From an uncultured Actinomycetota bacterium (lineage in GTDB: Bacteria; Actinomycetota; Actinomycetes; Mycobacteriales; Mycobacteriaceae), in the NCBI GenBank assembly GCA_963851115.1, contig CAWKOI010000005.1, positions 8,317 to 72,316 on the forward strand: DNA of 64,000 nt, in the 5' to 3' direction. Positions 8,911 to 19,534 of this stretch are shown here, piece after piece. The notes below the pieces were generated by a model that saw nothing but the letters and a program-made list of their open reading frames with translations, made no database searches and was not told the origin of the DNA. The number at the start of each line of letters is the position of its first letter. The first letter of the stretch is position 1. The translations under genes and the position numbers were made by a program.

Positions 8911-10390
8911 TCATATAAAGATGCCGAGCAGCAGCACCAGCACCAGGCCGGTGACGGACAGCACCGTCTCCATGATCGACCAGGACTTGATGGTCTGACC
9001 GACGCTCATCCCGAAGTACTCCTTCACCAACCAGAACCCGGCGTCGTTCACGTGGGAGAAGAACAGCGATCCCGCACCGACAGCCAACACGATCAGCGAG
9101 ACCTCGCCGGTGCTCATTCCTTCGACAAGTCCCAGCATCAGCGACGAGGCGGTAATGGTGGCCACCGTCGCGGAACCCGTTGCGAGGCGGATCAATACGG
9201 CGAGCACCCAGGCCAGCAGAATGACCGAGACGGTGGCCGCGGTCGCCCATTCGGCCAGTATCGTACCGATGCCGGTGTCAACCAGCACCTGCTTGAAGCC
9301 GCCGCCGGCCGCAACGATCAGGATGATGCCGGCGACCGGAGGCAACGACGTCTCGATGCACTTGGTGATCTGATCGCGCGTCATTGCAGAGCCCCGGCCG
9401 AGTGTGAAGATGCCGACCACAACCGCTATCAACAGGGCCATCAACGGGCGGCCCAACGTGTCGAAAGTAAAGCGCACGAGGTTCTCCTCGTCGGCGATGA
9501 AGATGTCAACCAGCGCCTTGCCCATCATGAGCGCGACCGGCAGCAACACGCTGAACATCGTCATCCCGAAGGAGGGCCGGCGTCGGGTGCGCGTCTCGGC
9601 CTGGGTCGCGGTCCGTGTGCCACCGCCTGATTCGGCGGCGCCGCCGGCTGCGGGGGTTCCGCCGTTGGTGGAGAAGTCGTCGGCCTCGAACCGGTCCGGC
9701 ACATCGAGGACGACCCAGCGCCCGGCCAGCCTGCCGAACAGCGGTCCGGCCACGATCACGGTCGGAATCGCCACCGCCACACCGAGTGCCAGGGTGATGC
9801 CCAGGTCGGCGCCGAGGAGGTCGATCGCCGTCAACGGCCCGGGGTGGGGTGGCACCAACCCGTGCATGGCCGACAACCCGGCTAGTGCGGGGATGCCGAC
9901 GGTGATGAGCGACAGTCCGGAGCGCTTCGCGACGAGGTAGATGACCGGCATCAACAGCACCAGGCCGATCTCGAAGAACATCGGCAATCCGATGATCGAC
10001 CCGACCAACGCCATCGCCCACGGGAGCGCGCGTGGCGACGCGTGACCGACGATTGTGTCGACGATTTCGTCAGCGCCGCCGGAATCGGCGAGCAGCTTGG
10101 CGAACATGGCGCCGAGTGCGATCAAGATGCCCACCCCGGCCGCGGTGGTGCCGAAGCCGTCGGTGAACGATTCGAGGACGTCGCCGATGCTCTTGGGGCC
10201 CTGTGCGACGAGGCCCACCGTCAAGCGCGCCGAAGATCAGCGCGAGGAATGGGTGCAACTTGGCGACCGGTAATCAGTACGACGATCAGCGCGATGCCGC
10301 ACAGCGCGGCAAGCTACCAAGCAGCCAACCCGCGGCGACGGGCTCGGCCAGTTCCGGGTCGGCCGCGAGGATGGTGAGTGCCGGGGTCAT
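8911..10390 (-). CDS. gntP: GntP family gluconate:H+ symporter (frameshifted near 5' end)
   Basis: KLHPFLALIFG, HGLVPPHPGP, RLATGSATVA, SHVNDAGFWLVKEYFG; the N-terminal ~55 codons are split over several frames. Confidence 0.85.
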
Positions 10391-10904
10391 CGGTTCTCCT
10401 GTTCGGTTGCGCGCGTGGCGGTTGAGGCGACATAGGTTTCGACGATCGAATCGATGTTCTGGTCGACATCGATGGCGATGCCGCGTTCATCGGGTTCGAG
10501 GGGCTCGAGCGTCTGAATTGCGACGCCAACAGCGATGCAGGCATGAAATGCCCGGGCCGACTGGCCTGTCGCTTGCCGATGACCTCGGGTGAGCCACTGA
10601 GGTGCAGGAACACAACGTCGGGGCAATGCCTTCGAAGCTGATCGCGGTACTTGCGCTTGAGGGCGGAGCAGCCCATCACCGCGCCGCCGTCGCAGTGCTC
10701 GGCCAGCCACTCACCGATCGCTTCCAACCACGGATAACGGTCGTCGTCGTCCAGCGATTGACCCGCCGTCATCTTGGCGATGTTGGCCGGCGGATGAAAG
10801 TCGTCGGCGTCCGCGAACGGAACCCGCAGGCGCTGAGCGAGCGCGGCGCCGACGGCCGACTTGCCGGAGCCAGATACGCCCATTACGACGATTAGTGACG
10901 CCAT
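10387..10904 (-). CDS. gntK: Gluconokinase (one apparent frameshift near 3' end)
   Basis: VMGVSGSGKS P-loop, DADDFHPPANIAKM, CSALKRKYRD, GHFMPASLL; the tail TLEPLEPDE is in another frame and ends in an ATGA overlap with gntP. Confidence 0.9.
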
Positions 10905-10922
10905 TCCCTCCACCTACCCGGT

Positions 10923-10938
10923 TGTGCCTGACGTCACA
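10923..10938. promoter_or_regulatory. CRP/GlxR-like binding site
   Basis: TGTGC-ctgacg-TCACA, 9/10 match to TGTGA-N6-TCACA, just upstream of gntK. Confidence 0.55.
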
Positions 10939-11027
10939 CAGAATGCATCAATAGGCATACGATTGCAACCCTGCAGGGGAATCATATGTTCTTAATAACT
11001 CGAGCAAAGCTATGACAGGATGTATAC

Positions 11028-11762
11028 GTGGCGGCTCAACCAATCGGCGGCGCTCTGCACGGCAACTTGCTGACCGCGCTGGGCACCGCCATCGTGTCCG
11101 GGGAGTACCCGCCCGGGCAGGTGATCACCCTGGATGGGGTCAGCGCGCAGCACAGGCTGTCCCGCAGCGTTGCCCGCGAGGTGATCCGCGTGCTCGAATC
11201 GATGGGCATGGTCGAGTCGCGCCGCCGGGTGGGCATCACGATTCAGCCCGCGGAGAAGTGGAACGTCTTCGATCCCAGGCTGATTCGCTGGCGCCTGGAA
11301 GCCGGCGATCGGGCCGCGCAACTGGTGTCCCTGTCAGAGCTTCGGCGAGGATTCGAGCCGGCCGCGGCGGCGCTGGCGGCGAGGCGGGCCGACCCCCACC
11401 AGTGCCGAATCATGGCGGCCGCGGTGTCGGACATGGTGGTGCACGGCCGCTCGGGTGACCTCGAGTCGTATCTGTTGGCCGACAAGATCTTTCACCAGAC
11501 CCTGCTGGAGGCCAGCGGCAACGAGATGTTCCGCGCACTCAACGGCGTCGTGTCCGAGGTGCTCACCGGCAGGACCCATCACGGCATGATGCCGGCGACA
11601 CCCAACCCGGCAGCCATCGAGCTGCACGATGAAGTCGCTCGCGCGATCCGGATGCGCGACGAGGCCGCTGCCGAGCGCGCCATGCGCGCGATCATCGACG
11701 AGGCGGCGTCGGCTGTGGCCGAAGAGTCTTTGGAAGACTCCTATCAGCCCTTCGGCTCGTAG
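11028..11762 (+). CDS. GntR/FadR family transcriptional regulator
   Basis: IVSGEYPPG...SRSVAREVIRVLESMGMV HTH; FCD domain with FHQTLLEASGN; divergent from gntK. Confidence 0.9.
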   Translation: MAAQPIGGALHGNLLTALGTAIVSGEYPPGQVITLDGVSAQHRLSRSVAREVIRVLESMGMVESRRRVGITIQPAEKWNVFDPRLIRWRLEAGDRAAQLVSLSELRRGFEPAAAALAARRADPHQCRIMAAAVSDMVVHGRSGDLESYLLADKIFHQTLLEASGNEMFRALNGVVSEVLTGRTHHGMMPATPNPAAIELHDEVARAIRMRDEAAAERAMRAIIDEAASAVAEESLEDSYQPFGS

Positions 11763-12484
11763 CGGTAGTTGATCTTGCTTCCTTCGACCGTGGTCACCGT
11801 CAGCGTGAACGCCTTGGTTTCCGCGCCCGCCACGATGGTGCAGTCGACGGTGTTGCCGGGCTTTCCTTCGAGGTTGCCCGAGCACTCGGCAGAGTCCGGC
11901 CGCCGTCCCGCCTGGCGTTGAAGTTCATTGAGCAGCGAACTTTCAACGTCCACCTTCGCGAGTAGCGGCACGACGTCGAGGTTCATCATCAGGCCCTCGA
12001 CTTTGCTCACCTCGACGGTGCGTCGCAGCTTGACTCCCCCGGCGTCGACGTCGCAGTAGGCGACGGCGCCGACGTTGCCCTGCAATCCGGACTGACACGA
12101 CACGGAGTCCACCTGTACCCCGGCGGCGGCGGTCACGAGCCGCGACACCGAGTTCTCGAGCTGCTCCTTGGAGAGGGCCGGTGCCATCTCGTAGTCGATC
12201 GTGGCGCCGTGGACGCGAGTGACCGTCACAACGGGCTCGAAGCTGTTCGTCGAGCTGATGACCACCTCGCAGCGGGCGGTCTTGCCGACCTCGCCGACCA
12301 AATCCTCCTTGCACGTCACCGACTCGGGCTGGGCTCCGACCTTGGTCAGCCGGTCGGCGATGTCTGTTTGCAGGGCCCCCTTGGAGACCGTCGGCTTGCC
12401 GTCGGTTCCTAGGGGGACGCTGCATCCGGACACCAGCGCGCCCCCGGTGGCCAGGGCACCCAGGGCTGCCATCAGCGTTCGCAT
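11744..12484 (-). CDS. Lipoprotein with three repeated small Cys-containing domains (DUF4333-like)
   Basis: Lipobox LVSGC; three units of the type SVTCKEDLVGEVGKTARC. Confidence 0.8.
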   Translation of the reverse strand: MRTLMAALGALATGGALVSGCSVPLGTDGKPTVSKGALQTDIADRLTKVGAQPESVTCKEDLVGEVGKTARCEVVISSTNSFEPVVTVTRVHGATIDYEMAPALSKEQLENSVSRLVTAAAGVQVDSVSCQSGLQGNVGAVAYCDVDAGGVKLRRTVEVSKVEGLMMNLDVVPLLAKVDVESSLLNELQRQAGRRPDSAECSGNLEGKPGNTVDCTIVAGAETKAFTLTVTTVEGSKINYRYEPKG

Positions 12485-12579
12485 GGACCGCCTCCTGGGA
12501 CGTTTGCTGCTCTGCCACTGGCTTGGCGTTCGCAGGGACCATAACAAGCTGGCTGCGGGCGTGATGATTAACTGCGAAA

Positions 12580-13464
12580 GTGGGCAGAGAACCGACGTTG
12601 GCGCGCCGCTTTGTTGATCGCTTCGAACCGGTGCACGCGGTCACGTACTTCGCACCAGAAGTCCGAAGCGCGTTCGACGGGCTTGGCTTCCAGGGGTTTT
12701 GGATGGGCTACTTCGCCGCCCGGTCGGCCCCGTTCGGCATCGTGCCGACCGAAGTCGTGACGGCCGCGTTCTACAACTTCGCGCCGGAGCGCGTTGCCAA
12801 GGCGCTGCCCGCGGCATGGGAGATCGCCACGCCGGCGGACGCGCTGCAAACTCGGGTGGAGTCCGCTGTCGCGGCGTTGCGCCGCTACGGCGTGACCGAT
12901 GACGACGCGCGCGCGGCGGCCGAACTCGCCGCAAAGGCGGCGCGCAGCGCTCCGCTCGACGGCCGGCCGCTGTTCGCAGCCAACGCGGCGCTGAGCTGGC
13001 CCGAGGAGCCGCTGGCCAAGCTGTGGCACGCGGTCACCCTGCTGCGCGAGCAACGTGGCGGCGGACATGTGGCCGTGCTGGCGGCGGCCGAGGTGTCCGG
13101 CCGCGAGTCCAATGTGTTGCACGCGGCCGCGGGTCGGGTGCCGCAGGAGATGATCATGCGCAGCCGTGATTACGACGAGGAGCAGTGGAGTCACTACCGC
13201 GGGCGACTGGCCCGGCGGGGTCTGCTCGACGGAGACGGCGAGCTCACCGACGCGGGTCGCGACCTCAAGCAGCGCATCGAGGACGCCACCGACCGGCTGG
13301 CCCTAGCCGCGCTCGATGCACTGGACGACGACGAGGTGGAGGCGCTGTTCCGGGCCCTCACGCCGATCACGCGAAAGGTGGTCGCCGCCGGTGACGTCCC
13401 GGCCGCGACACCAATGGGGTTGGGCCGCCATGACCTTCACGACGACAGCGCCCACCTGTCTTAG
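12580..13464 (+). CDS. Conserved actinobacterial protein (SCO6745-like)
   Basis: FEPVHAVTYFAPE, YFAARSAPFG, AFYNFAP, LWHAVTLLRE, C-terminal HTH-like LTDAGRDLKQRIEDATD. Confidence 0.75.
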   Translation: MGREPTLARRFVDRFEPVHAVTYFAPEVRSAFDGLGFQGFWMGYFAARSAPFGIVPTEVVTAAFYNFAPERVAKALPAAWEIATPADALQTRVESAVAALRRYGVTDDDARAAAELAAKAARSAPLDGRPLFAANAALSWPEEPLAKLWHAVTLLREQRGGGHVAVLAAAEVSGRESNVLHAAAGRVPQEMIMRSRDYDEEQWSHYRGRLARRGLLDGDGELTDAGRDLKQRIEDATDRLALAALDALDDDEVEALFRALTPITRKVVAAGDVPAATPMGLGRHDLHDDSAHLS

Positions 13465-13641
13465 CTTCCCTGCCAGTCACAGCCGGTCAACTCCGCGGAC
13501 AGCGCCCAGAGCGCATGGGCCATCGCCGGGTCGCGCGCCTTCTCGCGGAGCTTCGTCACCTTGGGCTTGCCCAGCTGGTTGAAGCGCGGCGGCGGTCGCC
13601 TTGCCGACGCCGCTGTTGCCACCCGTGACGATGATCCGCAT
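13461..13641 (-). pseudogene. SDR oxidoreductase remnant with internal deletion
   Basis: MRIIVTGGNSGVGKATAAAL (TGxxxGxG) fused out of frame to C-terminal GKPKVTKLREKARDPAMAHALWALSAELTG; only 181 nt remain. Confidence 0.75.
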
Positions 13642-13653
13642 GTGCTCACTCTG

Positions 13654-13984
13654 TCAGCGTGGGGCGTACATGATGATGCCGACGCCCGCCAGGCATATGA
13701 CGGCGCCTGCGATATCCCAGCGGTCGGGGCGGAAGCCGTCGGCGATCATCTCCCCACACCAGCGAGCCGGCGATGAAGACACCGCCGTACGCCGCCAGCA
13801 CCCGACCGAAGTGCGCGTCGGGCTGAAACGCCGCGACAAAGCCGTAGGCGCCGAGCGCGACCATGCCCGCGCCGACCCACAGCCAACCGCGGTGTTCACG
13901 CACGCCCTGCCAGACCAGCCACGCCCCGCCGATCTCGAGCAACGCGGCGAGCACGAACAACGCGATCGACTTGAGCACCATCAC
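13654..13984 (-). CDS. ynfA: YnfA/UPF0060 small membrane protein (one frameshift)
   Basis: [19 protein letters not shown]...[12 protein letters not shown] then [19 protein letters not shown] in the next frame. Confidence 0.85.
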
Positions 13985-15970
13985 GCCCCCGAGCCTGCAG
14001 AGGTGGGTTGGTTGCGGTTCCATTCCACCCAGCCGACACCGGTGCGGCCGTCGGCCGTGGTGACGGTGGCCCACGCCCGCGGGAAGTGGCTGACCCGGCC
14101 GTCGGGCGACGTCAGCAGCACGGGCGCATGTCCGCGGATGTCGATGGTCACGGTGAGGTCGCCAGGACTGAACGTGAGCGTGGTTGAAAGCGGTAAACCG
14201 TTGTCGGCGACCGCCTCTCGCGCCGTGACCGCCTGCAGCTCGATGAGCGGCTCACCGGGTCGCTGTACGTAGCCGATGCCGAACGGCGGCGCGCCGGGTA
14301 TGCGTAACTCGACGCCGTGGACATGGCATCCGTCGTCGAGGTGCAGTGCGCTCCACACCCAGTCCATGGCCCACCAGTCGCGCACACCCCATGAGTGGTC
14401 GCGCTGACCGGGAACGTCGCGTACGGCGAACTCTTGACCGTCGATTGTCACAGTGCCCGACACCATGCACGGGATCTCGTAGCGCGGCGTTATCCGGTAC
14501 TGGTACGGCGTGCCCGTCGTCGTCCACGTCAGCTCCATGGTCATTTCGACTGTTCGGCCGTCTTCATTTCGCAGCAGCGCGGCGGGATCGTCGTAAGCCT
14601 GACCCTGTCCCCGCATCGTGACCTGGTACGTCTGCAGGGGTTCAGTGGCGGCGAGGGTGAGTTCGATGCCGCCGGTGTCGTGGAAGTCGACGAGCGCATA
14701 GGTCGGGATGTCCGGGCCGCACAGCAGGCCGGTGATCCACGACGTGTTCTGATTGGGGATCAACCCGAGCCGGATCCAGCCGCCGATCCCCTGCTGCGGA
14801 TCGGCGAAGTCGAAGTACCAGCTCTCGTTCCACAGCGGCTCGTCGCCGGCGAGGTGGGCGCCTTCGTCGTCGGCAACCGGTGTAAGCGGCTCGGCGACAG
14901 GAATTTTCGAGGGGTCGGGGAGAACCGTGAGCGCATCGGTATCGAGCACGTGCTGGCAATGCCGCTGCAGCATCACCATGAACATCGCATCACCGCGGTC
15001 TGTGCGCTCGACGAGCATCGACGAGACGATCGCCATCATCACGCCGAAGAAGCTCTGCCGCCGCACCCCGTCTCGGACGTCGTCGATGCTGACCGGCGCA
15101 TTCGCGCCCAGCGCATCGTGGTAGGCGCGCAACAGCTCGTCGTAGTGGGCGCGGCGAAGGGTGTTCGGCATTGCACAGCCGAGGAAGTACGCGACATCCG
15201 TCATCGCGGGGCCCCAGGTGACGGTCTGCCAGTCCACCACTGTCAGCGGCCGGTCGGCGCCGGGCTGGCCGAAAAGCATGTTGTCCAACCGGTAGTCGCC
15301 GTGAACGAGACCCTTTATGCGGACCGGGTCGGACTCGGCGGCGACGTAGGCGTCGAAGGCGCCGACCAGCCGCTCACACACGTCGCGGTGTTCGGGGGCG
15401 ATCTGGTCGCGGTAACGCTCGAAGAATCCGGCGTAGAGCTGGCCGATCAGCACCTGGTTCATCGGCGAACTCGCGGTTGAGCCAGTCCGCCTCGGCCATC
15501 GCGGTGTCGCCAAGCAGCGGCACGTGCAGTCGACCGAGCTCGGCCAGCGCCAAGCTGGCCTGTTCGATTGTCGCGCCACGGATTTCGTCGCCTACGACGG
15601 CAGGACCCGCATCGCCCAACAGCAGATGAAACACGCCGGTGCCGCCATCGAAGCCGGCTTGATAACACGGCGCGACGGGGCCACCCAGGTTCGGCGCAAT
15701 CTCGGTGTAGAAGCGCACTTCGCGTTCGTAGAGGCCCAGCGCAAGGCCGGTCTGGCGGCTCACGGGATCGGTGGCCGCGACCTTGAGCACGACCGAGTCT
15801 GGTCCTGCCTGCCCGTCGGCGTAGGTCAACGCGACGCGGTAGCACTCGCTCATCTGGCCGGTGCCGATGCGTTCGTAGTCGAAGGCCGTGACGGTGCCTG
15901 CACCGACGGCCGCGGTGAGCCACTCGGCCGTCAGATCCGAGGGCCGCTCGACGACGTCAGTGGTGCGCAC
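13981..15970 (-). CDS. APH/ecdysteroid-kinase-like phosphotransferase fused to a C-terminal beta-rich domain (one frameshift near 15470)
   Basis: [31 protein letters not shown]; C-terminal WNESWYFDF...[10 protein letters not shown]. Confidence 0.8.
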
Positions 15971-17891
15971 TGGTGCTGGGGGTATGGCACATGTCCGGTG
16001 GTGTCCCGACGACGTCCAGCGACGGGTTGCGGTCGAAGAATCCGAATGGCTTGAGCCAGAACGACACCACATCGACGGGCATCACCGGCCAGTCCTCCGG
16101 CCGGGTGATGTGGTGGATGCCGAAGACATACCACACCACCACGTCGGTGTTGTCGATCGACCGGTTGGCCATCGTCCAACGGCCGAGTCCGGTGTCCCGC
16201 GTCGACTGGTTGACGAATTCGCCTGCCGGCCAACGCTCATCGGGGCGGTTCGGCGTCACCCAGAGGGTGTGGCCGATGACACTGGCGCGCTCGACGACCG
16301 GTGACTCGGGGTCGAACATCGGCGGGATGGCCCCGGTCGGCACCAACTTATAGGACGGGTGAGTGCCGATCCCGTTGACGACGTTGGTGTTCACCACTTT
16401 CCAAGCGCGTTGTGTCGCGAAGTTGACGTCCTGCTTGGCCTCGCTCTCGGTGCGCAGCGGGATGTTGCGGGTCACCAGTGACAGCCCGTGCGGATTGTCC
16501 GGGCCGATCGGCTCAGGATAGGACTCCGTCATGTACACGGTGTTGTCGCTGCCGTCGATGTCCATGTCCAACCGGGCAACCAGGAAGTGTTGGTGGTAGG
16601 GCGCATACGTACGTTCGTCGACCAGCGTTCCGTTCGGGTTGGGCTGGCCCAGCGCCAGTGGCGTGGTCACCATGATGCCGGTGGCGCGCACCTCGCACTC
16701 GATGTTGCCGTCCTGGTACAGCCGCCAGTACACGAGGTATTCGTAGTTGGCGACGGTGACGTGGAACGACACCGTCAGCCGCCGCATCCGGCGCACTTCC
16801 GCGCCGATCTCGTGGTCGACGTGCTTCCACAGCACGGCGTTGTCTTCCTCGTGGATACAGATAGCGTTCGTGATGGTGTACGGCTCGCCCTTGCTGTTGT
16901 GCAAAACGGCATCCAGGTAGCGGATCTCGCCCAGACAATCGCAACCCAGCTCCAGCGACGTGGTCATGAAGCCCAGGCCCCACTCCCCTATGTCGAAGGC
17001 GGTGCGCCGGTAGTGGTCCTCCGACGGGTCGCGGTACGGCACGATCATCTCGGCAAACGACATCCGGTGCGCCACGGAGCGATCCCGGTCACCGTCGCGG
17101 TACCGAACGGTGTGCAGGGTCATGCCCTCGCGATGGTTGAAGCCGATGCGCAGCGACCAGTTCTGCCACTGCAGCAGGTTGCCGTCCAGGGTGAACGAGG
17201 GTCCCTCGGGCTGGCTGATGTGCAACGGCTTGAGCGGCTCGCGCCGCGACGCCGACCGAATCCGTTCGGGAATGAGGCTGGGCACGTATTCGCCCATCAC
17301 GTCCGGCGTCTCGACGCCTCCGTTGTCCTCGACGCGCAGCAGTTCCATCGAGTTGAGGTCGACGACGCAGTGCAGCCCGCTGACGAGGGTGGCGTAGGGG
17401 TTGGCGCCCGGGCCGGCCTTGAGCCAGCTATCCGACCAGCCGAGCCGACGGTCACGATATTCCGCCGGTGCCACCGCGTCGCCATAGGTCCAGGTGTCGA
17501 AGAACACCAGGTCCATATCGGTGATCCCGCGTTTGCTCAAGGCGGCAATGACATCGGGGTGGGTACGCAACAACCGGTCGCACTCTACGAACTCGTCGAC
17601 GGTGAAGTTGGCCTGTACTCCGGGAATGTGCTCGAACGATTCGACTCGGTCCTCGGTCAACGACACCACGCTCTTGTACGTGGCGTTGCTGGAGCGTTGT
17701 AGGCAGATCACTTCGGCGCGCCGCGGTGGCAGCGGTCCCCCGTCGTCGAACGCCTGCAGCTCGGCCTTGCCGGGCTCTGACAACTCGATGGAGGCGAACC
17801 GCCATCCGTCACCCACGCCGTGCTCACGGCGCAGGATCGACGCGACCGCCCTGAACTCGTCTCCGCTGAGCGGATCCAGTGGGTATGCCAC
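15957..17891 (-). CDS. Copper-containing primary amine oxidase
   Basis: TPQ consensus TVANYEY, copper ligands HQH and GIHHITRPEDWPVMP, catalytic AFDIGEWG, ELGCDC. Confidence 0.95.
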   Translation of the reverse strand: MAYPLDPLSGDEFRAVASILRREHGVGDGWRFASIELSEPGKAELQAFDDGGPLPPRRAEVICLQRSSNATYKSVVSLTEDRVESFEHIPGVQANFTVDEFVECDRLLRTHPDVIAALSKRGITDMDLVFFDTWTYGDAVAPAEYRDRRLGWSDSWLKAGPGANPYATLVSGLHCVVDLNSMELLRVEDNGGVETPDVMGEYVPSLIPERIRSASRREPLKPLHISQPEGPSFTLDGNLLQWQNWSLRIGFNHREGMTLHTVRYRDGDRDRSVAHRMSFAEMIVPYRDPSEDHYRRTAFDIGEWGLGFMTTSLELGCDCLGEIRYLDAVLHNSKGEPYTITNAICIHEEDNAVLWKHVDHEIGAEVRRMRRLTVSFHVTVANYEYLVYWRLYQDGNIECEVRATGIMVTTPLALGQPNPNGTLVDERTYAPYHQHFLVARLDMDIDGSDNTVYMTESYPEPIGPDNPHGLSLVTRNIPLRTESEAKQDVNFATQRAWKVVNTNVVNGIGTHPSYKLVPTGAIPPMFDPESPVVERASVIGHTLWVTPNRPDERWPAGEFVNQSTRDTGLGRWTMANRSIDNTDVVVWYVFGIHHITRPEDWPVMPVDVVSFWLKPFGFFDRNPSLDVVGTPPDMCHTPSTSAHH

Positions 17892-17952
17892 CCGATTACG
17901 CAATCACATCCGCTGACGCCAGCGCAGCGATTCACGAATTTGGTGAACGGCC

Positions 17953-19458
17953 TCAGCGCGCGGCCACCGAGAAACCTTCCCACGCCTGCCGGCGGTCGGC
18001 GTGGGGGTCGTATTCGACGCGGGGACGGCGGTCGAAAACCCTGACCGCGCGGTCGACGCCGGTGTAGGCCGGCCAGTCCTCGCCCGGCACGCCGGTGCGA
18101 CTGAAGGCACGCCACCGAGCTTGGACATCGTCGCTGACCCGCAGCGCCGTGCGCCGGTCGGCCGCGGCCAGGAGCCGGCCGAACTTGGTGCGGTAGACGT
18201 CGAACACCGCGAGCAGCTCGGTCGCGTGTGTGGCGCCAAGGCCGGACCATTGCAGCGTGCGCGGCGCGTAGTCGTAGCGGTACAGGTAGGTCGGCGCGTG
18301 CTGGCTGTGCGCCTCGGCAATCTGCCATACCGCCGACCCGAACGCGAAGTCCCCGCCGAGCTGGATGCAGGCGGCGGGATCCGGGTAGTCCGGGTAGGCC
18401 GCGGTAATGCGTTCACGCTCAGCAGGTTCCGTCTCGGCCAGCAACCGCTCGATCATCCGCTCGGTCATCGGCAACAGCTTGAGGAATCGGCTGAACAGCC
18501 GGCCTTCCTCAGCGTTGGTGCCCACGATGACCGGCACACGGTGCGCCTTGCCGCGCCGCATCGCAACAACAGGGTCGAGCGGCAGATAGTCGGTGCCGTA
18601 GGTGGGGCCTGCCGCGAACGCACCGAGCATTTGGCGTTGGCCGCGCACGATCAGCTGATCGAAGGCATTCACCAACTCGGCGGGGCGCGCCGCCATCACC
18701 GCGTTCGCACCGTCGGAAACCCCCGCGCCGAACAGATCGGCGAATTGGGTGGCGTACTCTGCCGCCAAGTCGGGTGAGCGGACCATGCCGCTGGCCGGGC
18801 TTTCCGAAATCGCGTGGGCGAATAGGCCTTTGGCGGCCGGTACGGCCAGCAGCGTGGCGACGGCGTGAGCACCCGCGCTCTCGCCAAAGATCGTCACGCT
18901 GTCAGGGTCGCCACCGAACACCGCGATGTTGTCGCGGACCCAGCGCAGCGCCATCACGAGGTCGCGCAGGTACAGGTTGTCGTCGATGGTGATGTCCTTG
19001 TTGGACAGCGACGACAGATCCAGACACCCCAGGGCGCCCAGCCGGTAGTTCATCGAGACGTATACACACCCCTTCCGGGCCAGGGCCGCGCCGTCGTAGA
19101 TCGGGGTGGCCGAACTGCCCAGGATGTAACCGCCGCCGTGGATGAACACCATTACCGGCAACGGCTGTTCTGCCGGCCTCTTCGGCGCCGTGACGTTGAG
19201 CGTCAGGCAGTCTTCGCTCATCGGCTGATACTTGCCGGGGCCGAGGATCGTGTACTTGCGTTGCTGCGGCGCGCAATAGCCGAACCCGTGGCAGTACCGC
19301 ACACCCGGCCAGGGCTCCACCGGGTGCGGGGAGCGCAACCGCAGCCGTCCCACCGGCGGACGGGCGTACGGAATGGCCCGCCAACGGTTCACGCCGTCGC
19401 GGGTGAATCCCTCGACGGTGCCGGAGGCGATAGTCGCGCGGACGGTGTGTTCGTGCAT
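17953..19458 (-). CDS. lipT: Carboxylesterase/lipase type B (Rv2045c-like)
   Basis: SEDCLTLNV, FIHGGGY, FGESAG, ATHATEL; synteny with lppI; TACCGT -10 six nt before ATG. Confidence 0.85.
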   Translation of the reverse strand: MHEHTVRATIASGTVEGFTRDGVNRWRAIPYARPPVGRLRLRSPHPVEPWPGVRYCHGFGYCAPQQRKYTILGPGKYQPMSEDCLTLNVTAPKRPAEQPLPVMVFIHGGGYILGSSATPIYDGAALARKGCVYVSMNYRLGALGCLDLSSLSNKDITIDDNLYLRDLVMALRWVRDNIAVFGGDPDSVTIFGESAGAHAVATLLAVPAAKGLFAHAISESPASGMVRSPDLAAEYATQFADLFGAGVSDGANAVMAARPAELVNAFDQLIVRGQRQMLGAFAAGPTYGTDYLPLDPVVAMRRGKAHRVPVIVGTNAEEGRLFSRFLKLLPMTERMIERLLAETEPAERERITAAYPDYPDPAACIQLGGDFAFGSAVWQIAEAHSQHAPTYLYRYDYAPRTLQWSGLGATHATELLAVFDVYRTKFGRLLAAADRRTALRVSDDVQARWRAFSRTGVPGEDWPAYTGVDRAVRVFDRRPRVEYDPHADRRQAWEGFSVAAR

Positions 19459-19534
19459 CCACCGACGGTAGCGAATGACCACCCGCCGCCGTGCCTCGCC
19501 GGGGATTGCGTGTCGGCCCGATAGCCTGGCCGGT

